Virus record (IMG/VR): IMGVR_UViG_3300012988_000001
Location: 248,001 to 312,000 of that record
DNA length: 64,000 bases
Direction: 5' to 3' (one strand)
The notes beneath the pieces were generated by a model, which worked only from the letters and a program-made list of their open reading frames with translations, had not been told where the DNA came from and did not search any database. This document shows positions 1-10,746 of the stretch, in pieces. How positions within the stretch are numbered: position 1 is the first letter of the stretch; each line of letters begins with the position of its first letter. A program made the position numbers and the translations under genes.

Positions 1-1197
1 AATACAATTGAGTACTTCTTCGAAGATATTAAGCATAAAGCTAGCCAAATGGACCTAGAAGATATGGCAACTGCTTTCCCCAAATGGTTTGAAGCTGCTA
101 AAGAGTTCTCTGGTGTTGACGACCCAAATAAGAAACTATCTTATGATTTTGATGAAGGTACTTTATTCTTTAGATTTGCTGGTGCTCGTGGTTCATGGTA
201 TATCCAAGATGCACATGATGGTAAATGTGTACTAGAAGATAACGAAACTTATGAACGTAAGGGTTATATCAAATATGACGAAGTAGAAGATGTAATGACA
301 TTGTTATTCGCCATCTATCAAATGGCTACCGACCGTCAAATCAATCGTGTAATGAAAAATATCAACGAATTGAATATTACTGTTGACTCGTTATCAAATA
401 CATGGGAATATGTACAAGAATCATCTAAAGCACCAGTTGAAGAATCTTCAATGCGTGGTATGATGGATTTAGTACAAGATGCTGAAATTGCAGATGGTAT
501 AGATCAAGCAAATAAAAGTACTGATGTTGCTAGAATGGCACAGAAGAAAAAAGATGATAGAATGAATTCATTAAATCAGCTAGGTGAAGAAGAAGAGTTT
601 GATTTACAGGGTAAGCCTGTTAAACCCGGACAAAAATCAGCAGATGTACATGCTGGTACAAGTACTGAACGTGAGGTTAAACTAGACGAAATGCCAATGC
701 GATTTGATTCATTCCAAGGCCAAAATGCTGATGAGTTCGTTGACAAAACAGCAGAAATGACAGGTAAAGCAAATCTAGTTCCATTCTCTGAACACGATAC
801 TTTCACTGTAATGCGTAACAAGAGTTACACTGGTTTTATCGCATTTGATAAACAAGGTAAACAAATTGCAGTTGTAAGTGGTCACCTTTCGGATGATGCA
901 GTACTTGGTGTTAAGAACGTATTTGAAATTGCGGCGACGGCATCTAAATCAACAGTGAAAGGTGTTATGTATCAAATCTTCATGGATATGACTAAAGCTG
1001 GGATTTCAATACTAAGTGATAAATTACATACAGATAGTGCTATAAAATTCTGGACTCGTCTAATCGGTTCGAATGAAGTATATATCGTAGGTGGTGGTGA
1101 AGTTCTTGCAAAAGCTACACCAGAGAAAATCCACAAATACTGGAGCGATGATGAAAACAGCCCAAGTGCTGAACTTCAACTGCTTCTCGTGGGCTAA
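1..1197 (+). CDS. Hypothetical protein, 5'-truncated by the window, with a GNAT-like C-terminal domain
   Basis: Frame 1 is open from base 1; C-terminal ILSDKLHTDSAIKFWTRL resembles GNAT-fold ends; a terminator follows. Confidence 0.6.
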   Translation, partial: NTIEYFFEDIKHKASQMDLEDMATAFPKWFEAAKEFSGVDDPNKKLSYDFDEGTLFFRFAGARGSWYIQDAHDGKCVLEDNETYERKGYIKYDEVEDVMTLLFAIYQMATDRQINRVMKNINELNITVDSLSNTWEYVQESSKAPVEESSMRGMMDLVQDAEIADGIDQANKSTDVARMAQKKKDDRMNSLNQLGEEEEFDLQGKPVKPGQKSADVHAGTSTEREVKLDEMPMRFDSFQGQNADEFVDKTAEMTGKANLVPFSEHDTFTVMRNKSYTGFIAFDKQGKQIAVVSGHLSDDAVLGVKNVFEIAATASKSTVKGVMYQIFMDMTKAGISILSDKLHTDSAIKFWTRLIGSNEVYIVGGGEVLAKATPEKIHKYWSDDENSPSAELQLLLVG

Positions 1198-1215
1198 AAT
1201 TGAAAAGATAAATAT

Positions 1216-1253
1216 TATCGGAAGCATCCCTGTGATGTTTCCGATATTTTTTT
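1216..1253 (+). terminator. Rho-independent terminator
   Basis: TATCGGAAGCATC/GATGTTTCCGATA stem plus T run. Confidence 0.7.
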
Positions 1254-1282
1254 GAGACAAAGAAGCAAAAATGTGATATAAT
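1254..1282 (+). promoter_or_regulatory. G(G/A)GACA-class promoter
   Basis: GAGACA-17 nt-TATAAT, TGTGA before -10. Confidence 0.65.
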
Positions 1283-1320
1283 AATATGGCAAAGAAACAA
1301 AGAGACAAAGGACTGTAACA

Positions 1321-3294
1321 ATGACCAAACAAAAGAAATCCTCATCCGTGCTTTCTGAACATGACGTTCAGCGACTAAACGACTATCAACATGCTCGCAT
1401 CCGTACTGAAATGTACTTAGGTTCACGTTCTGTTCATGAACACCAAGTAGTTCTTTTCGGAGAAGAAGGTTACAATGTTCAGAATCTAGAATGGGTTCCA
1501 GCATTGATTACTGCATTCCGTGAGATCATTGATAACTCCCTTGATGAGTTTAAAAAAGCTGGAACGAAAGATCCAGTACTAAAGATTGATTACAACGAAG
1601 AAGATTTATCATTTAGTATTAGTGATAACGGTCGTGGTATTCCAATCGATTACGTACCAGAGTTTGATGTACACTTGTGTACTATGGTACTAACAGAGAC
1701 TAAGACAGGTCGTAACTTTGACGATTCAAAACGCGAAGGTACTATCGGTCAGAACGGTCTAGGTGGTTCCATTACAATGTGCGTTAGTTCTAAAGCAGAA
1801 CTAGAGATTCACCGTGCGGGTCGCCCGTACAAAACAGTAGCATCTAACGATGGCTATGATGGTATCTATAAGTTCACACAGAAGTTTAAAGAAGGCACAA
1901 TCCTTTTCCCTGAACTAGATATTCAAGAACCTAACATTCGTAAGGTTCAAGCGGATAAAACTGGAACTTCTATTAGCTTCACGCTAAGTCCTGAAGTATT
2001 CAAAAACCGCAACCTACCAACTGCGTTAGTATTCAGTATTCTTAAAGAGATTGCTTCAGCTAACCCAGCTTACAAGATTGTCCTTAATGGCAAGAAAATT
2101 GCTGTTAAAAACACCCCAGAGAAAACTCTCTTCGGTGCAAACAAAATGATGAGCCTAAACGTCAAAGACGAAAGCATTGGTTTTGATAGTACTTTCTATA
2201 TTGTCCCAAATGCTGTCCAAGGTATGAACACCAACTTCCATATGCAAGGTATTGTAAACAATGCTCCAGCATTTGATGGTGGTACACACCTCGAAACGTT
2301 CAAGAAGTTCTTCTCCCTAGGCGTTAGTACTGCTCTTGAGAAAGAAGCAAAGAAACGCAAGATGACACCTAACCGTGCTGATATCGAAGAAGGGCTAATG
2401 ATTTATAATGTGACTACAATGAACGCACCATCGTTCAACTCACAGATTAAATCTAAGCTAACTAACGAAAATGTTATTGCTCCAGTGAAAAAAGCGATGA
2501 CTCCTGAATTCTTCGATGAACTTGTTAAAAAGAACAAAGAATGGGTTGATGAGATTTTCACTCGTACTTCAGAGCGTACCAATAAGAAAGATGCTGATGA
2601 AGATCGCCGTCTAGCTAAGAAGTTGCTAAAATCTAAAGTTGCCAAACTACTTGATGCAACTGGTACAAACCGTGAAGAATGTATTCTACTAATTGCAGAA
2701 GGTGATTCCGCTGTTAGTAACATGTCTGCTGCTCGTGATTCCAAGAAGCATGGTATTCTACCATTGCGTGGTAAAATCATGAACGTAAACGGAACGGAGA
2801 AAACTAAAGCCCTAATGGATAGTGATTCCCTAAAGGATATCATGGCATCTATCAACCTAATCCCCGGTCAGAAAGCAGTACGTTCAGAATTGAACTACGG
2901 TAAGCTATATATCTGTGCCGATGAAGATGAGGATGGTAAAAACATTGGTGCGTTAGTAGTTAACTTCCTATTCAAATTCTGGCCTGAACTATTTGAAGAC
3001 CCAGAAAACCCATTTGTATATGTTTTCAAAACACCATTTATTATCCTTGAGAAAGGAAAAGAAAGTCGTTACTATTACGGTCACAATGTGGACGAATATA
3101 ACCCAGAAGAATGGAAAGGTTGGAAAGCAACTCGTGCTAAAGGATTGGGTACTCTAGAAAAGAGTAACTTCCGTGATGCATTAACAAACGGCGTAGCAGT
3201 CGCTATTATCGATGATGGTTCACTAGGGGCAACTCTAGACCTAATCTTTAATAAAGACCGTGCAGACGACCGTAAAGAGTGGATGGAAGAATAA
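1321..3294 (+). CDS. DNA topoisomerase II large (ATPase/TOPRIM) subunit, GyrB-like, T4 gp39+gp60 equivalent
   Basis: GHKL motifs EIIDNSLDE, DNGRGIP, GQNGLG; TOPRIM motifs EGDSA, PLRGKI, DEDEDG. Confidence 0.95.
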   Translation: MTKQKKSSSVLSEHDVQRLNDYQHARIRTEMYLGSRSVHEHQVVLFGEEGYNVQNLEWVPALITAFREIIDNSLDEFKKAGTKDPVLKIDYNEEDLSFSISDNGRGIPIDYVPEFDVHLCTMVLTETKTGRNFDDSKREGTIGQNGLGGSITMCVSSKAELEIHRAGRPYKTVASNDGYDGIYKFTQKFKEGTILFPELDIQEPNIRKVQADKTGTSISFTLSPEVFKNRNLPTALVFSILKEIASANPAYKIVLNGKKIAVKNTPEKTLFGANKMMSLNVKDESIGFDSTFYIVPNAVQGMNTNFHMQGIVNNAPAFDGGTHLETFKKFFSLGVSTALEKEAKKRKMTPNRADIEEGLMIYNVTTMNAPSFNSQIKSKLTNENVIAPVKKAMTPEFFDELVKKNKEWVDEIFTRTSERTNKKDADEDRRLAKKLLKSKVAKLLDATGTNREECILLIAEGDSAVSNMSAARDSKKHGILPLRGKIMNVNGTEKTKALMDSDSLKDIMASINLIPGQKAVRSELNYGKLYICADEDEDGKNIGALVVNFLFKFWPELFEDPENPFVYVFKTPFIILEKGKESRYYYGHNVDEYNPEEWKGWKATRAKGLGTLEKSNFRDALTNGVAVAIIDDGSLGATLDLIFNKDRADDRKEWMEE

Positions 3295-3345
3295 GTACAG
3301 AAGGGGATACAGGAAGTATCCCCGAAATAACAAAGAGGCAAAGGA

Positions 3346-4767
3346 ATGGCTAAATCAACAAAGAAACAAGAAGCAGCGAACGCTATTATTAACCCAACGC
3401 TAACGCTACTACAATACAACAGTTCTGATTATATTAACCAATCATCATTGGAATATTCTATCAGTACTCTTGACCGTGCAATCCCCGGTATTGATGGATT
3501 GAAAGCATCTCAGCGTAAAGCAATCTTCACGCTAAGTAAAATCTCAGGCGAGATTAAAACTGTATCCGCAGCAGGGCGAATGATCAGTGACGGTATCTAC
3601 CTTCACGGTGACGCATCAGCAGCAGGAACACTACAGAACCTAGCATCACCAGTAGCGAATAACTATCCGCTAATTGGTAAGCGTGGCGGTTTTGGTACAC
3701 AAGTAAACTCCAATCCAGCAAGTGCACGTTATACTTATGTTAAACGTACTGCTGTGACCGAAGCCCTAGTTCTTCGTGATATGGATATTGTACCAATGCA
3801 ACCAAACTACGATGATACAACAATGGAACCAACTTACTTCCTACCTATTATCCCACTATCTTTATTTGGTAACGATAGTATGTCTGTAGGTTATAAGAGT
3901 CTCATTCTTCCTCATAAAATCGAGGATATCATTGACAACTGTATTCGTGCAGTTAATAATAAACCTCTCGAAAAAATGACTCCGTATTTTGTATCTGTTG
4001 GTGCAAGTGATCAAGTTACTGAGCTAGACGAGAACAAATATGAATTTTATGGTCAGGCAGAAGTAATTGATGCCAGTACTGTAAGAATCCTAGGTCTACC
4101 ACCTCGTGTCAAAATTGACAAATTCATTGAGAAACTAATCGCAATGGAAGAGAAAGGTGAAATTCGTGATTATGATAATGATAGTACTGATACTATTGAT
4201 ATCACGATTAAACTTCCACGTGGTACATCTGCAAAATGGAAAGAAAAAGATGTAATTGACTATTTTGGTCTAAGCAGCAAATTGACTCAAGCACTTGTAG
4301 TACTAGGTGAAAATGGTCGAGTTAAAGTGTATAATAACACTTCTGACTTGATTAAAGATTTCGTTCACTTCCGCTTCAAGTTCTATGTGCGTCGTTATGA
4401 GCATCTACTTGCCAAAGCTGAAGCTGAAGTGCGTTATAAAGCTCTAGTAGCTAAATGCTTTGAGAATGAAATGGTAACTAAAATCAAAGATTTCAAGAAC
4501 CGTCAAGAACTAGTTAACTTCGTAACTTCTCTAAATGATGACATTGAAGCAACTGATGACAATATTCAAAACATCGTGAACTATGCTTCTTATCGTTGGA
4601 CTCAAGAGAACTACGACAAGACACTAGAAGAAATTCAAGAAGCCCTAGCACTAATGGATGAATACCAATCTCTTTTGGATAACCATGAAGAGATTTGGAA
4701 GATTTACGGTCAAGAGCTAAAAGAACTTCGCAAAATGGATTGTACTCCAAAAGCAGATACTAAATAA
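3346..4767 (+). CDS. DNA topoisomerase II medium subunit, GyrA-like, T4 gp52 equivalent
   Basis: DGLKASQR, YLHGD and catalytic ASARY motifs. Confidence 0.93.
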   Translation: MAKSTKKQEAANAIINPTLTLLQYNSSDYINQSSLEYSISTLDRAIPGIDGLKASQRKAIFTLSKISGEIKTVSAAGRMISDGIYLHGDASAAGTLQNLASPVANNYPLIGKRGGFGTQVNSNPASARYTYVKRTAVTEALVLRDMDIVPMQPNYDDTTMEPTYFLPIIPLSLFGNDSMSVGYKSLILPHKIEDIIDNCIRAVNNKPLEKMTPYFVSVGASDQVTELDENKYEFYGQAEVIDASTVRILGLPPRVKIDKFIEKLIAMEEKGEIRDYDNDSTDTIDITIKLPRGTSAKWKEKDVIDYFGLSSKLTQALVVLGENGRVKVYNNTSDLIKDFVHFRFKFYVRRYEHLLAKAEAEVRYKALVAKCFENEMVTKIKDFKNRQELVNFVTSLNDDIEATDDNIQNIVNYASYRWTQENYDKTLEEIQEALALMDEYQSLLDNHEEIWKIYGQELKELRKMDCTPKADTK

Positions 4768-4772
4768 AAATC

Positions 4773-4795
4773 AAAGGACGCACTTCGCGTCCTTT
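4773..4795 (+). terminator. Terminator hairpin
   Basis: AAAGGACGC-ACTTC-GCGTCCTTT. Confidence 0.7.
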
Positions 4796-4800
4796 ACTAT

Positions 4801-4808
4801 TATAAATA
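4801..4808 (+). promoter_or_regulatory. T4-type late promoter
   Basis: Exact TATAAATA upstream of the gene at 4843. Confidence 0.6.
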
Positions 4809-4842
4809 CGTTAGCTTTTAAACATTTTGGAGAAATTTAATT

Positions 4843-7230
4843 ATGGCAAATTTTGAGCCACGCTGGGACTTGAAAGCTGATTCAACTGTAATGATCGAAG
4901 GTCAAACTACATATCTAAGAATTCAATTAAGTAAGAATGATGATAGTACTGATAATGTAATAACATTAGGTGATGACCAATATTTGGAACTATCTTTTAC
5001 GATAGATGGTAGTGGAGAAACTCTAGAAGAACGAGATTTTGAATTCTCTGTTGGTGAGAGTATGTCTACTTTAGTTCCAATTGAACAAGGAACTACTGGC
5101 AACAAACATATGCTAGGAAATCATACAGTCAAATTAGATAAAAAATCCTTTACCCTCGCGTCAAGTACTGCTAAACTAGACGTGTATCTAATGAAGTTAT
5201 ACTGTGTTGATGATGGTGTTTGGGATGGTCCTGAAAAACTTGACTTCACATTCAACACTATGGATATTATAACCGTTGTTGATGACCAGATAGCAAATCA
5301 GGAATCATTTGGTGTATTAGGTAATACTAAAGCAACTATTTCATACAATAATTCTACTGAATATTGGGTTACACCATCTGTCATTGCACGAGGTGAAAAG
5401 TACTGTATTGGGGCTATGGCGTATGGTGCTGATAGTCGTATCTTTGTTGATGCTTATGGTCAATGCAGACGTTACGATAATGCATTGGATGAAAACCTAT
5501 ACCCAGATGATTTATCTAACCGAGTATTCTATCCAACATACCAATTACAACCACTTACGTTAGCATCTACCCCAACAGATGGTATTACTGATTTACGAAC
5601 TGTTTTAGTTCCTAAAACTGGTGGGTTTAATGAAGAAGTATCGGTTGTTATCCGTGATACACTTGGTAATATGGTTGATTCTGGATTGAAATTTAATGCC
5701 AACGGACAACTATTACAAACCTTCATTTATGAATCCGAACCAACTGATGGTTATATAAAGGTACGTATCGTCCCATTATCGGCAATTTATCAAGATCCTG
5801 CTGATTCATTCCAAGTAGGTAAACGTTTCAAAGCATACCAAATGTGGATTTGCCCGAATGATACCTCTTATATAAAAGGTGCACCGAAGCCCGGTCATTT
5901 ATATCAATTGAAAGATAACGTTGTTTATCCATATGTAATAAAAAATGAGTACATAAATTCAGTTGAATATGCAGTATTTGATGAAACTGCTTGGAATGAT
6001 CTAGGTGTGTATGATGTACGTTTAGGACAAGGTATAATCAACCAAGAACGTCTATTCAGAATATTGGTTAATGCCAGTACTGGAAGTGGTATTGATTTCG
6101 AAACTGATGCTAATTTGGGAAGAATTCACGTTGGGGAATATTTTGGTCACACTGTATATCCACAAATTAAGGCCAGTGGTTCATTGGTTACATATAGAAT
6201 AGTACAATCAACCTCACCTGATGATATCAGAAAATATGGTTTAGATTTAACTGCTGATGGATTAATGGTAGGTACTGCTTATGCTAGAAGTTCGGATTTT
6301 AGTGCAAACGATGATATTAAATTAGAGTTTGACGTAATAGCCAATGACAAAAGTGGTGCAACGGTTACTAAGAGATTCAACATTACTATTATTCGTGGAT
6401 TTGGTCAAAACTATTTGGGTGCATCTATTTGTCCTAGTAAAACCTTCGAACGATCATGGTTTGCAAGCATAGCTACTGAACTATATTACAATAACAAAAC
6501 TTATTATCGTGAAAGTGATGATAGATATGGTTTACAAAAAGTACCTCGCATGTTGTTAAAAGAAAACTTTGTATCACAAAGTTATCCTTATACAACATTA
6601 AAAGATATCAAAAAAGTACTTCAGGATAAACTTGTTGATCCTAACAATGGTGCTCCAGTACCGAATGGTGTTTTCTCACTAGTGATGGGGAATTATAAAA
6701 TCGTATCGGCACTTGACAACCTAGGGAATGTGGTGTATGATTTACTTTATCGCGAATTACACCCAGCAGGTACACGTGTGAGTGTGAGTTTGAATCCACG
6801 AACATACACCGATACCGATAATGAATTGTTTGCAGAAATCTTTGGTATGCGTCAGAATGTTTTCAAGGCTGTTGGTGAAGATGTAACAAATCTTTATACT
6901 GACCCTGATGATTTGCGTAACCGTGGATTGGTTGTTCCCGCAATTTTAGGTCTATCTGATGAAATGTTAGATACCGTTCCTCGCTTTATGAATCATCCAT
7001 ACGAAGACGATGGATTGAAACCTCAATTCATGACTATTATACCAGTAGCATACTTCAAGCCCGGTCAAGCGGAAGCATTCTTTAACCGAATGGTTCAAAC
7101 TAACGAACATAGTTCATTGGTAAATACCGAGTTCGAGGTTCATGGAGTAGAATTTACATTCCATACCTCTCAATATGAATTGTATGTTCAAGATAAATTT
7201 ACAATTCCAATTATTGGAAACGCACTATAA
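4843..7230 (+). CDS. Putative virion structural protein (795 aa)
   Basis: Long beta-rich ORF with GGAG RBS and a late promoter; function inferred only. Confidence 0.5.
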   Translation: MANFEPRWDLKADSTVMIEGQTTYLRIQLSKNDDSTDNVITLGDDQYLELSFTIDGSGETLEERDFEFSVGESMSTLVPIEQGTTGNKHMLGNHTVKLDKKSFTLASSTAKLDVYLMKLYCVDDGVWDGPEKLDFTFNTMDIITVVDDQIANQESFGVLGNTKATISYNNSTEYWVTPSVIARGEKYCIGAMAYGADSRIFVDAYGQCRRYDNALDENLYPDDLSNRVFYPTYQLQPLTLASTPTDGITDLRTVLVPKTGGFNEEVSVVIRDTLGNMVDSGLKFNANGQLLQTFIYESEPTDGYIKVRIVPLSAIYQDPADSFQVGKRFKAYQMWICPNDTSYIKGAPKPGHLYQLKDNVVYPYVIKNEYINSVEYAVFDETAWNDLGVYDVRLGQGIINQERLFRILVNASTGSGIDFETDANLGRIHVGEYFGHTVYPQIKASGSLVTYRIVQSTSPDDIRKYGLDLTADGLMVGTAYARSSDFSANDDIKLEFDVIANDKSGATVTKRFNITIIRGFGQNYLGASICPSKTFERSWFASIATELYYNNKTYYRESDDRYGLQKVPRMLLKENFVSQSYPYTTLKDIKKVLQDKLVDPNNGAPVPNGVFSLVMGNYKIVSALDNLGNVVYDLLYRELHPAGTRVSVSLNPRTYTDTDNELFAEIFGMRQNVFKAVGEDVTNLYTDPDDLRNRGLVVPAILGLSDEMLDTVPRFMNHPYEDDGLKPQFMTIIPVAYFKPGQAEAFFNRMVQTNEHSSLVNTEFEVHGVEFTFHTSQYELYVQDKFTIPIIGNAL

Positions 7231-7239
7231 GGAGATAGT

Positions 7240-7548
7240 ATGTTTGATCCACTATTCAGTACTGCGGGAATGTCAGACCGTGAGTTACAACAAAAAATTT
7301 TCGATATGAGTGAACGTATCAGCCGTGCACGTGCGAGTGGTATTAATGATGATATCATTCAACGTATGTATATGGTTCTACAAGCATGTGATGATGAAGT
7401 AATGCAACGTTCTGCTAGTAAAGAGTATGAAAAATTAGAAGAAGAAGACAAATGTGTTTTTGATTCTGATGAGTACTTAAAAACCGAAGAGGATAAACAG
7501 AAAAAACATGAAGGTCCAAGGAAACAGATATATAAATCAGGATGGTGA
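7240..7548 (+). CDS. Hypothetical protein
   Basis: AGGAG RBS; helical and acidic. Confidence 0.75.
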   Translation: MFDPLFSTAGMSDRELQQKIFDMSERISRARASGINDDIIQRMYMVLQACDDEVMQRSASKEYEKLEEEDKCVFDSDEYLKTEEDKQKKHEGPRKQIYKSGW

Positions 7549-8026
7549 TGTACATTGCAATTTAAATGCAGTAGTATACGCTATGAACTGTGGTGCAGAC
7601 TTACAGTATCTTAAATTAATGGAGATGGATGAGTTTGAACGTGCCAAGTTCAATGATAATTGTAAGAAATTTGGATTAGAATATAGAATGCTCGATTATA
7701 CAATTGAGCATGATAAAAATCATGAGCTATGGGTCTATGACCCAGCTTATGATAAAATAAACCTTGAGGATTACTTTCTTAACAAATGTTCTAACGAAGA
7801 ACAAATGGATAGAGTAAAATATGAATTGGGTTTATATGAAGAATATAACATGACTAAACTACTACGCTGTATGATTTGGCTAGTAGATTACTTCGAAGAA
7901 AATAATATCTTTTGGGGTTTAGGTCGTGGTAGCTCAGTTAGCAGCTACTGTTTATATCTACTCGGTTTGCACTTAGTTGATAGCATTAAATACGATTTAG
8001 ATGTAAACGAATTTTTGAAATGGTAA
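7508..8026 (+). CDS. Stand-alone DNA polymerase III alpha (DnaE) palm-region fragment
   Basis: GLGRGSSVSSYCLYLLGLHLVDSIKYDLDVNEFL matches the DnaE motif GPGRGS..GSLVAY.L.IT..DP..Y.LLFERFL. Confidence 0.8.
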   Translation: MKVQGNRYINQDGDVHCNLNAVVYAMNCGADLQYLKLMEMDEFERAKFNDNCKKFGLEYRMLDYTIEHDKNHELWVYDPAYDKINLEDYFLNKCSNEEQMDRVKYELGLYEEYNMTKLLRCMIWLVDYFEENNIFWGLGRGSSVSSYCLYLLGLHLVDSIKYDLDVNEFLKW

Positions 8027-8042
8027 AATATAAGGATATATT

Positions 8043-8432
8043 ATGGCTAAACACACTTCCTATCGTGGTCAAAGTATTGACATTGATATGATGAAATATC
8101 AAAACCAGCATGACCGTGCTTTAGGTAATGCTAATATGAACGCACGTGGTGACAAACTAGGTGCTGGTGGTACTATTGTTAAAACTCGCGAAGAATTAAT
8201 CGCAGAGCGTGAACGACAAATGCAACTACCAGATTATCTACCAGAACATACTAGTCATTCTGTTCAAACACAAAATGCAGTAGTAGAAGATTCTGGATTT
8301 GATGATTCTATGTTTGAAATGCCTGAACAAGAACCCGTAGTGGCTCCAGTGGTTGCTCCAGTTGAAGTACAGGAAGAAGTTCAAGAGAAAGCTGCACCAC
8401 GCCGTGTACGTGCTAAGAAAGACGACGAGTAA
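8043..8432 (+). CDS. Hypothetical protein upstream of GroES
   Basis: AGGA RBS; low-complexity C-terminus. Confidence 0.75.
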   Translation: MAKHTSYRGQSIDIDMMKYQNQHDRALGNANMNARGDKLGAGGTIVKTREELIAERERQMQLPDYLPEHTSHSVQTQNAVVEDSGFDDSMFEMPEQEPVVAPVVAPVEVQEEVQEKAAPRRVRAKKDDE

Positions 8433-8442
8433 GGAGTAAGAT

Positions 8443-8766
8443 ATGGAGTCAAAAAAACTTACTGCTTGCAAAGGAAAAGTACTAGTAACTAACTTAGACA
8501 GTGGTGAACAAAAAACTGCCGCTGGTATTATCATCGGGGATGATGATGGTAAACTACGTGGTGTACGTAGCCGTTGGGCTGAAGTATATAGCGTAGGTGA
8601 AGATATTACCGATATACAAGTTGGTGAATGGATTTTGATTGAGCATGGTCGTTGGTCACGTACAATCTATATTGAAGGTACAGCACTAAATTTAGTCGAT
8701 TATCCAAAAAGTGTACTATGTGCAGCACCAGAGAAACCAAAGAATTATGTTGGTTTCGGAAAATAA
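8443..8766 (+). CDS. groES: Co-chaperonin GroES/Cpn10-like
   Basis: EQKTAAGII mobile loop, AEVYSVG and IQVGEWIL pattern; 107 aa. Confidence 0.85.
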   Translation: MESKKLTACKGKVLVTNLDSGEQKTAAGIIIGDDDGKLRGVRSRWAEVYSVGEDITDIQVGEWILIEHGRWSRTIYIEGTALNLVDYPKSVLCAAPEKPKNYVGFGK

Positions 8767-8811
8767 TTTTAATGCCCGGAGTTTTCTGGGCTTTCTTTTT
8801 GAAGGTATAAA

Positions 8812-9087
8812 ATGATTACAGATGACGGTAAAGTTGATTTTAACTTCGTTCAGTTAGAATCTAAAAATGGAAAATTTTACTTCGAACACCCAAAGAACAA
8901 AAAGATTGTTTATGAGGTTCCTCATGATCAATTTAGATTCCTTTTCGTTAAGGCAGCACAGGATACCGCTAATGGTAGTATCCTAAAAAAGAAATCTAAT
9001 TCATTTGAGTACTTACTAAGTCAACTCGAAATGAATGAAGACCTATTTCAAGCAATGTTATACCCAAATTCAGAATGGACTATTTAG
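8812..9087 (+). CDS. Hypothetical protein
   Basis: ORF with RBS in operon context. Confidence 0.65.
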   Translation: MITDDGKVDFNFVQLESKNGKFYFEHPKNKKIVYEVPHDQFRFLFVKAAQDTANGSILKKKSNSFEYLLSQLEMNEDLFQAMLYPNSEWTI

Positions 9088-9095
9088 GAGTAAGT

Positions 9096-10055
9096 ATGAG
9101 TAATAATGCACTATGGACAGAAAAGTACCGCCCACGTGACATGGAAAACTATGTCTTTAAAAACCCAGCATTTGAAGCTAAAATGATTGAGTGGATTACT
9201 ACAGGCGATATTCCACACATCGGTTTCTTCGGTCCAGCAGGAACGGGTAAAACTTCGGCTATTGGTGTCCTAATCAATGGCCTAGAAGCCAATGGTCACA
9301 TCGATCGTTTTGATGTTATGACCCTAAACATGTCCGATGAGGGTATTGACGCAGTTCGTGAAAAGATCGAACCAGCAGCCCGTCTAACGCCTAATGGAAA
9401 GTACCGTATCTTTGTACTAGAAGAGATGGAACAGATGAACCAAAAGGCACAAGCGTCCCTCAAACGTACAATGGAAGACTATGCTGATAATGCTCGTTTC
9501 ATCCTAACTTCCAATGAACCACACAAGATTCTAAAGCCTATCCTTTCTCGTGTACAAAACATTACAATCGAGAAACATGATCGTGAAGCGTATATGACTC
9601 GTGTCATTAACGTTCTATTAGCAGAAGAAGTAGATTTGAGTTCAGAAGACAGTATCAATCTAGTTGACAAGTATATCAATGCAACGTATCCTGATTTCCG
9701 CAAAACACTAAACACCTTGCAGAGCAGCATTGTAGATGGTAAACTTCTAAAACTCGAAGATAGTGTAGATAGCACTGCTAACTACCGTGCACTTATCATC
9801 GATGCACTTCAGAATGGTAGCATTCGTGAAATGCGTGAACTTATTGTTCAAAACGTTCCTGAAGATGAAATGGATGGGTTCTTTACATTCCTTTCGCAGA
9901 ATGTTAATATGTTCACTTCAGACGAAATCACTCGTATGAAGATTATCGTTAAAATTCGTGACGCAATGGTTAAACAAGCCTCTGTCTCTGACCGTGAATT
10001 GAACCTAAGTGCGTTACTATGTGAAATTGATCTAACTGTCTCAGGAGACATGTAA
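9096..10055 (+). CDS. Clamp loader AAA+ subunit (RFC/T4 gp44-like)
   Basis: LWTEKYRP, Walker A GPAGTGKT, variant Walker B VLEEME, ILSR; start moved to the ATG after AGGAG. Confidence 0.92.
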   Translation: MSNNALWTEKYRPRDMENYVFKNPAFEAKMIEWITTGDIPHIGFFGPAGTGKTSAIGVLINGLEANGHIDRFDVMTLNMSDEGIDAVREKIEPAARLTPNGKYRIFVLEEMEQMNQKAQASLKRTMEDYADNARFILTSNEPHKILKPILSRVQNITIEKHDREAYMTRVINVLLAEEVDLSSEDSINLVDKYINATYPDFRKTLNTLQSSIVDGKLLKLEDSVDSTANYRALIIDALQNGSIREMRELIVQNVPEDEMDGFFTFLSQNVNMFTSDEITRMKIIVKIRDAMVKQASVSDRELNLSALLCEIDLTVSGDM

Positions 10056-10681
10056 TGTCCAAGCGTAAAGCTATCGTATTTGATGTGGATGAAATTTTAC
10101 TTGACCACCTCGGAGGTTTCCGGGTGTGGTTGGCTAAGAAACATGGCATCATTTGTAAAAGTGATTATCCAGATCAGTACGATTTGACTGAATGGATGGG
10201 AGTAGCAGACCAGAAAGAAGTAGTGAAGTACTTGAAAGAGTTCAACGAAACTTCGTGGGAGTTTGGTGTACTAAAACCACAATCAGAAAGTGTTATATCG
10301 TTTATGTTTGCTTTACGCCACACTTTCCCAGATGCGGTATTTGCAGCACTAACCAAATCTGGCACAATGGGTCATGGTGAAGTTCTTCGCCGTGCTAACT
10401 TAGAACACGTTTACCCAGACGTACTAGATGAAGTACACATTGTTGAAATGTACGAATCTAAACGTGGAGCCTTACATAAGCTCCAAGCTAAGTACGATGT
10501 AGTTGCTCTCGTAGATGACTATATTGAGAATATTGAAACAGCAGTCGATATGGGTATTCGTGGTATTATGTTGAATTGTCCACATAATGCACAGTACTCC
10601 CAGCGTGAAGATTTTCATTACGCTGGAAATTGGCCTTCAATTATCCACGAAATCTGTACGGTAATGAATAAAGGGGAGTAA
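10055..10681 (+). CDS. HAD-family 5'(3')-deoxyribonucleotidase-like phosphatase
   Basis: IVFDVDEILLD (motif I) and ALVDDYIEN (motif IV). Confidence 0.8.
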   Translation: MSKRKAIVFDVDEILLDHLGGFRVWLAKKHGIICKSDYPDQYDLTEWMGVADQKEVVKYLKEFNETSWEFGVLKPQSESVISFMFALRHTFPDAVFAALTKSGTMGHGEVLRRANLEHVYPDVLDEVHIVEMYESKRGALHKLQAKYDVVALVDDYIENIETAVDMGIRGIMLNCPHNAQYSQREDFHYAGNWPSIIHEICTVMNKGE

Positions 10682-10746
10682 TCCCCTTTAGTTGTTTTTA
10701 TATTCAGTAAATAAGGATATAATTATGTAACATAAAGGAACATAAA

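Noticed and set aside
1321-4767. Intein, intron or T4 gene 60-type bypass in the topoisomerase genes
   Set aside because: Both ORFs are continuous and of the expected length, with no insertion signatures.
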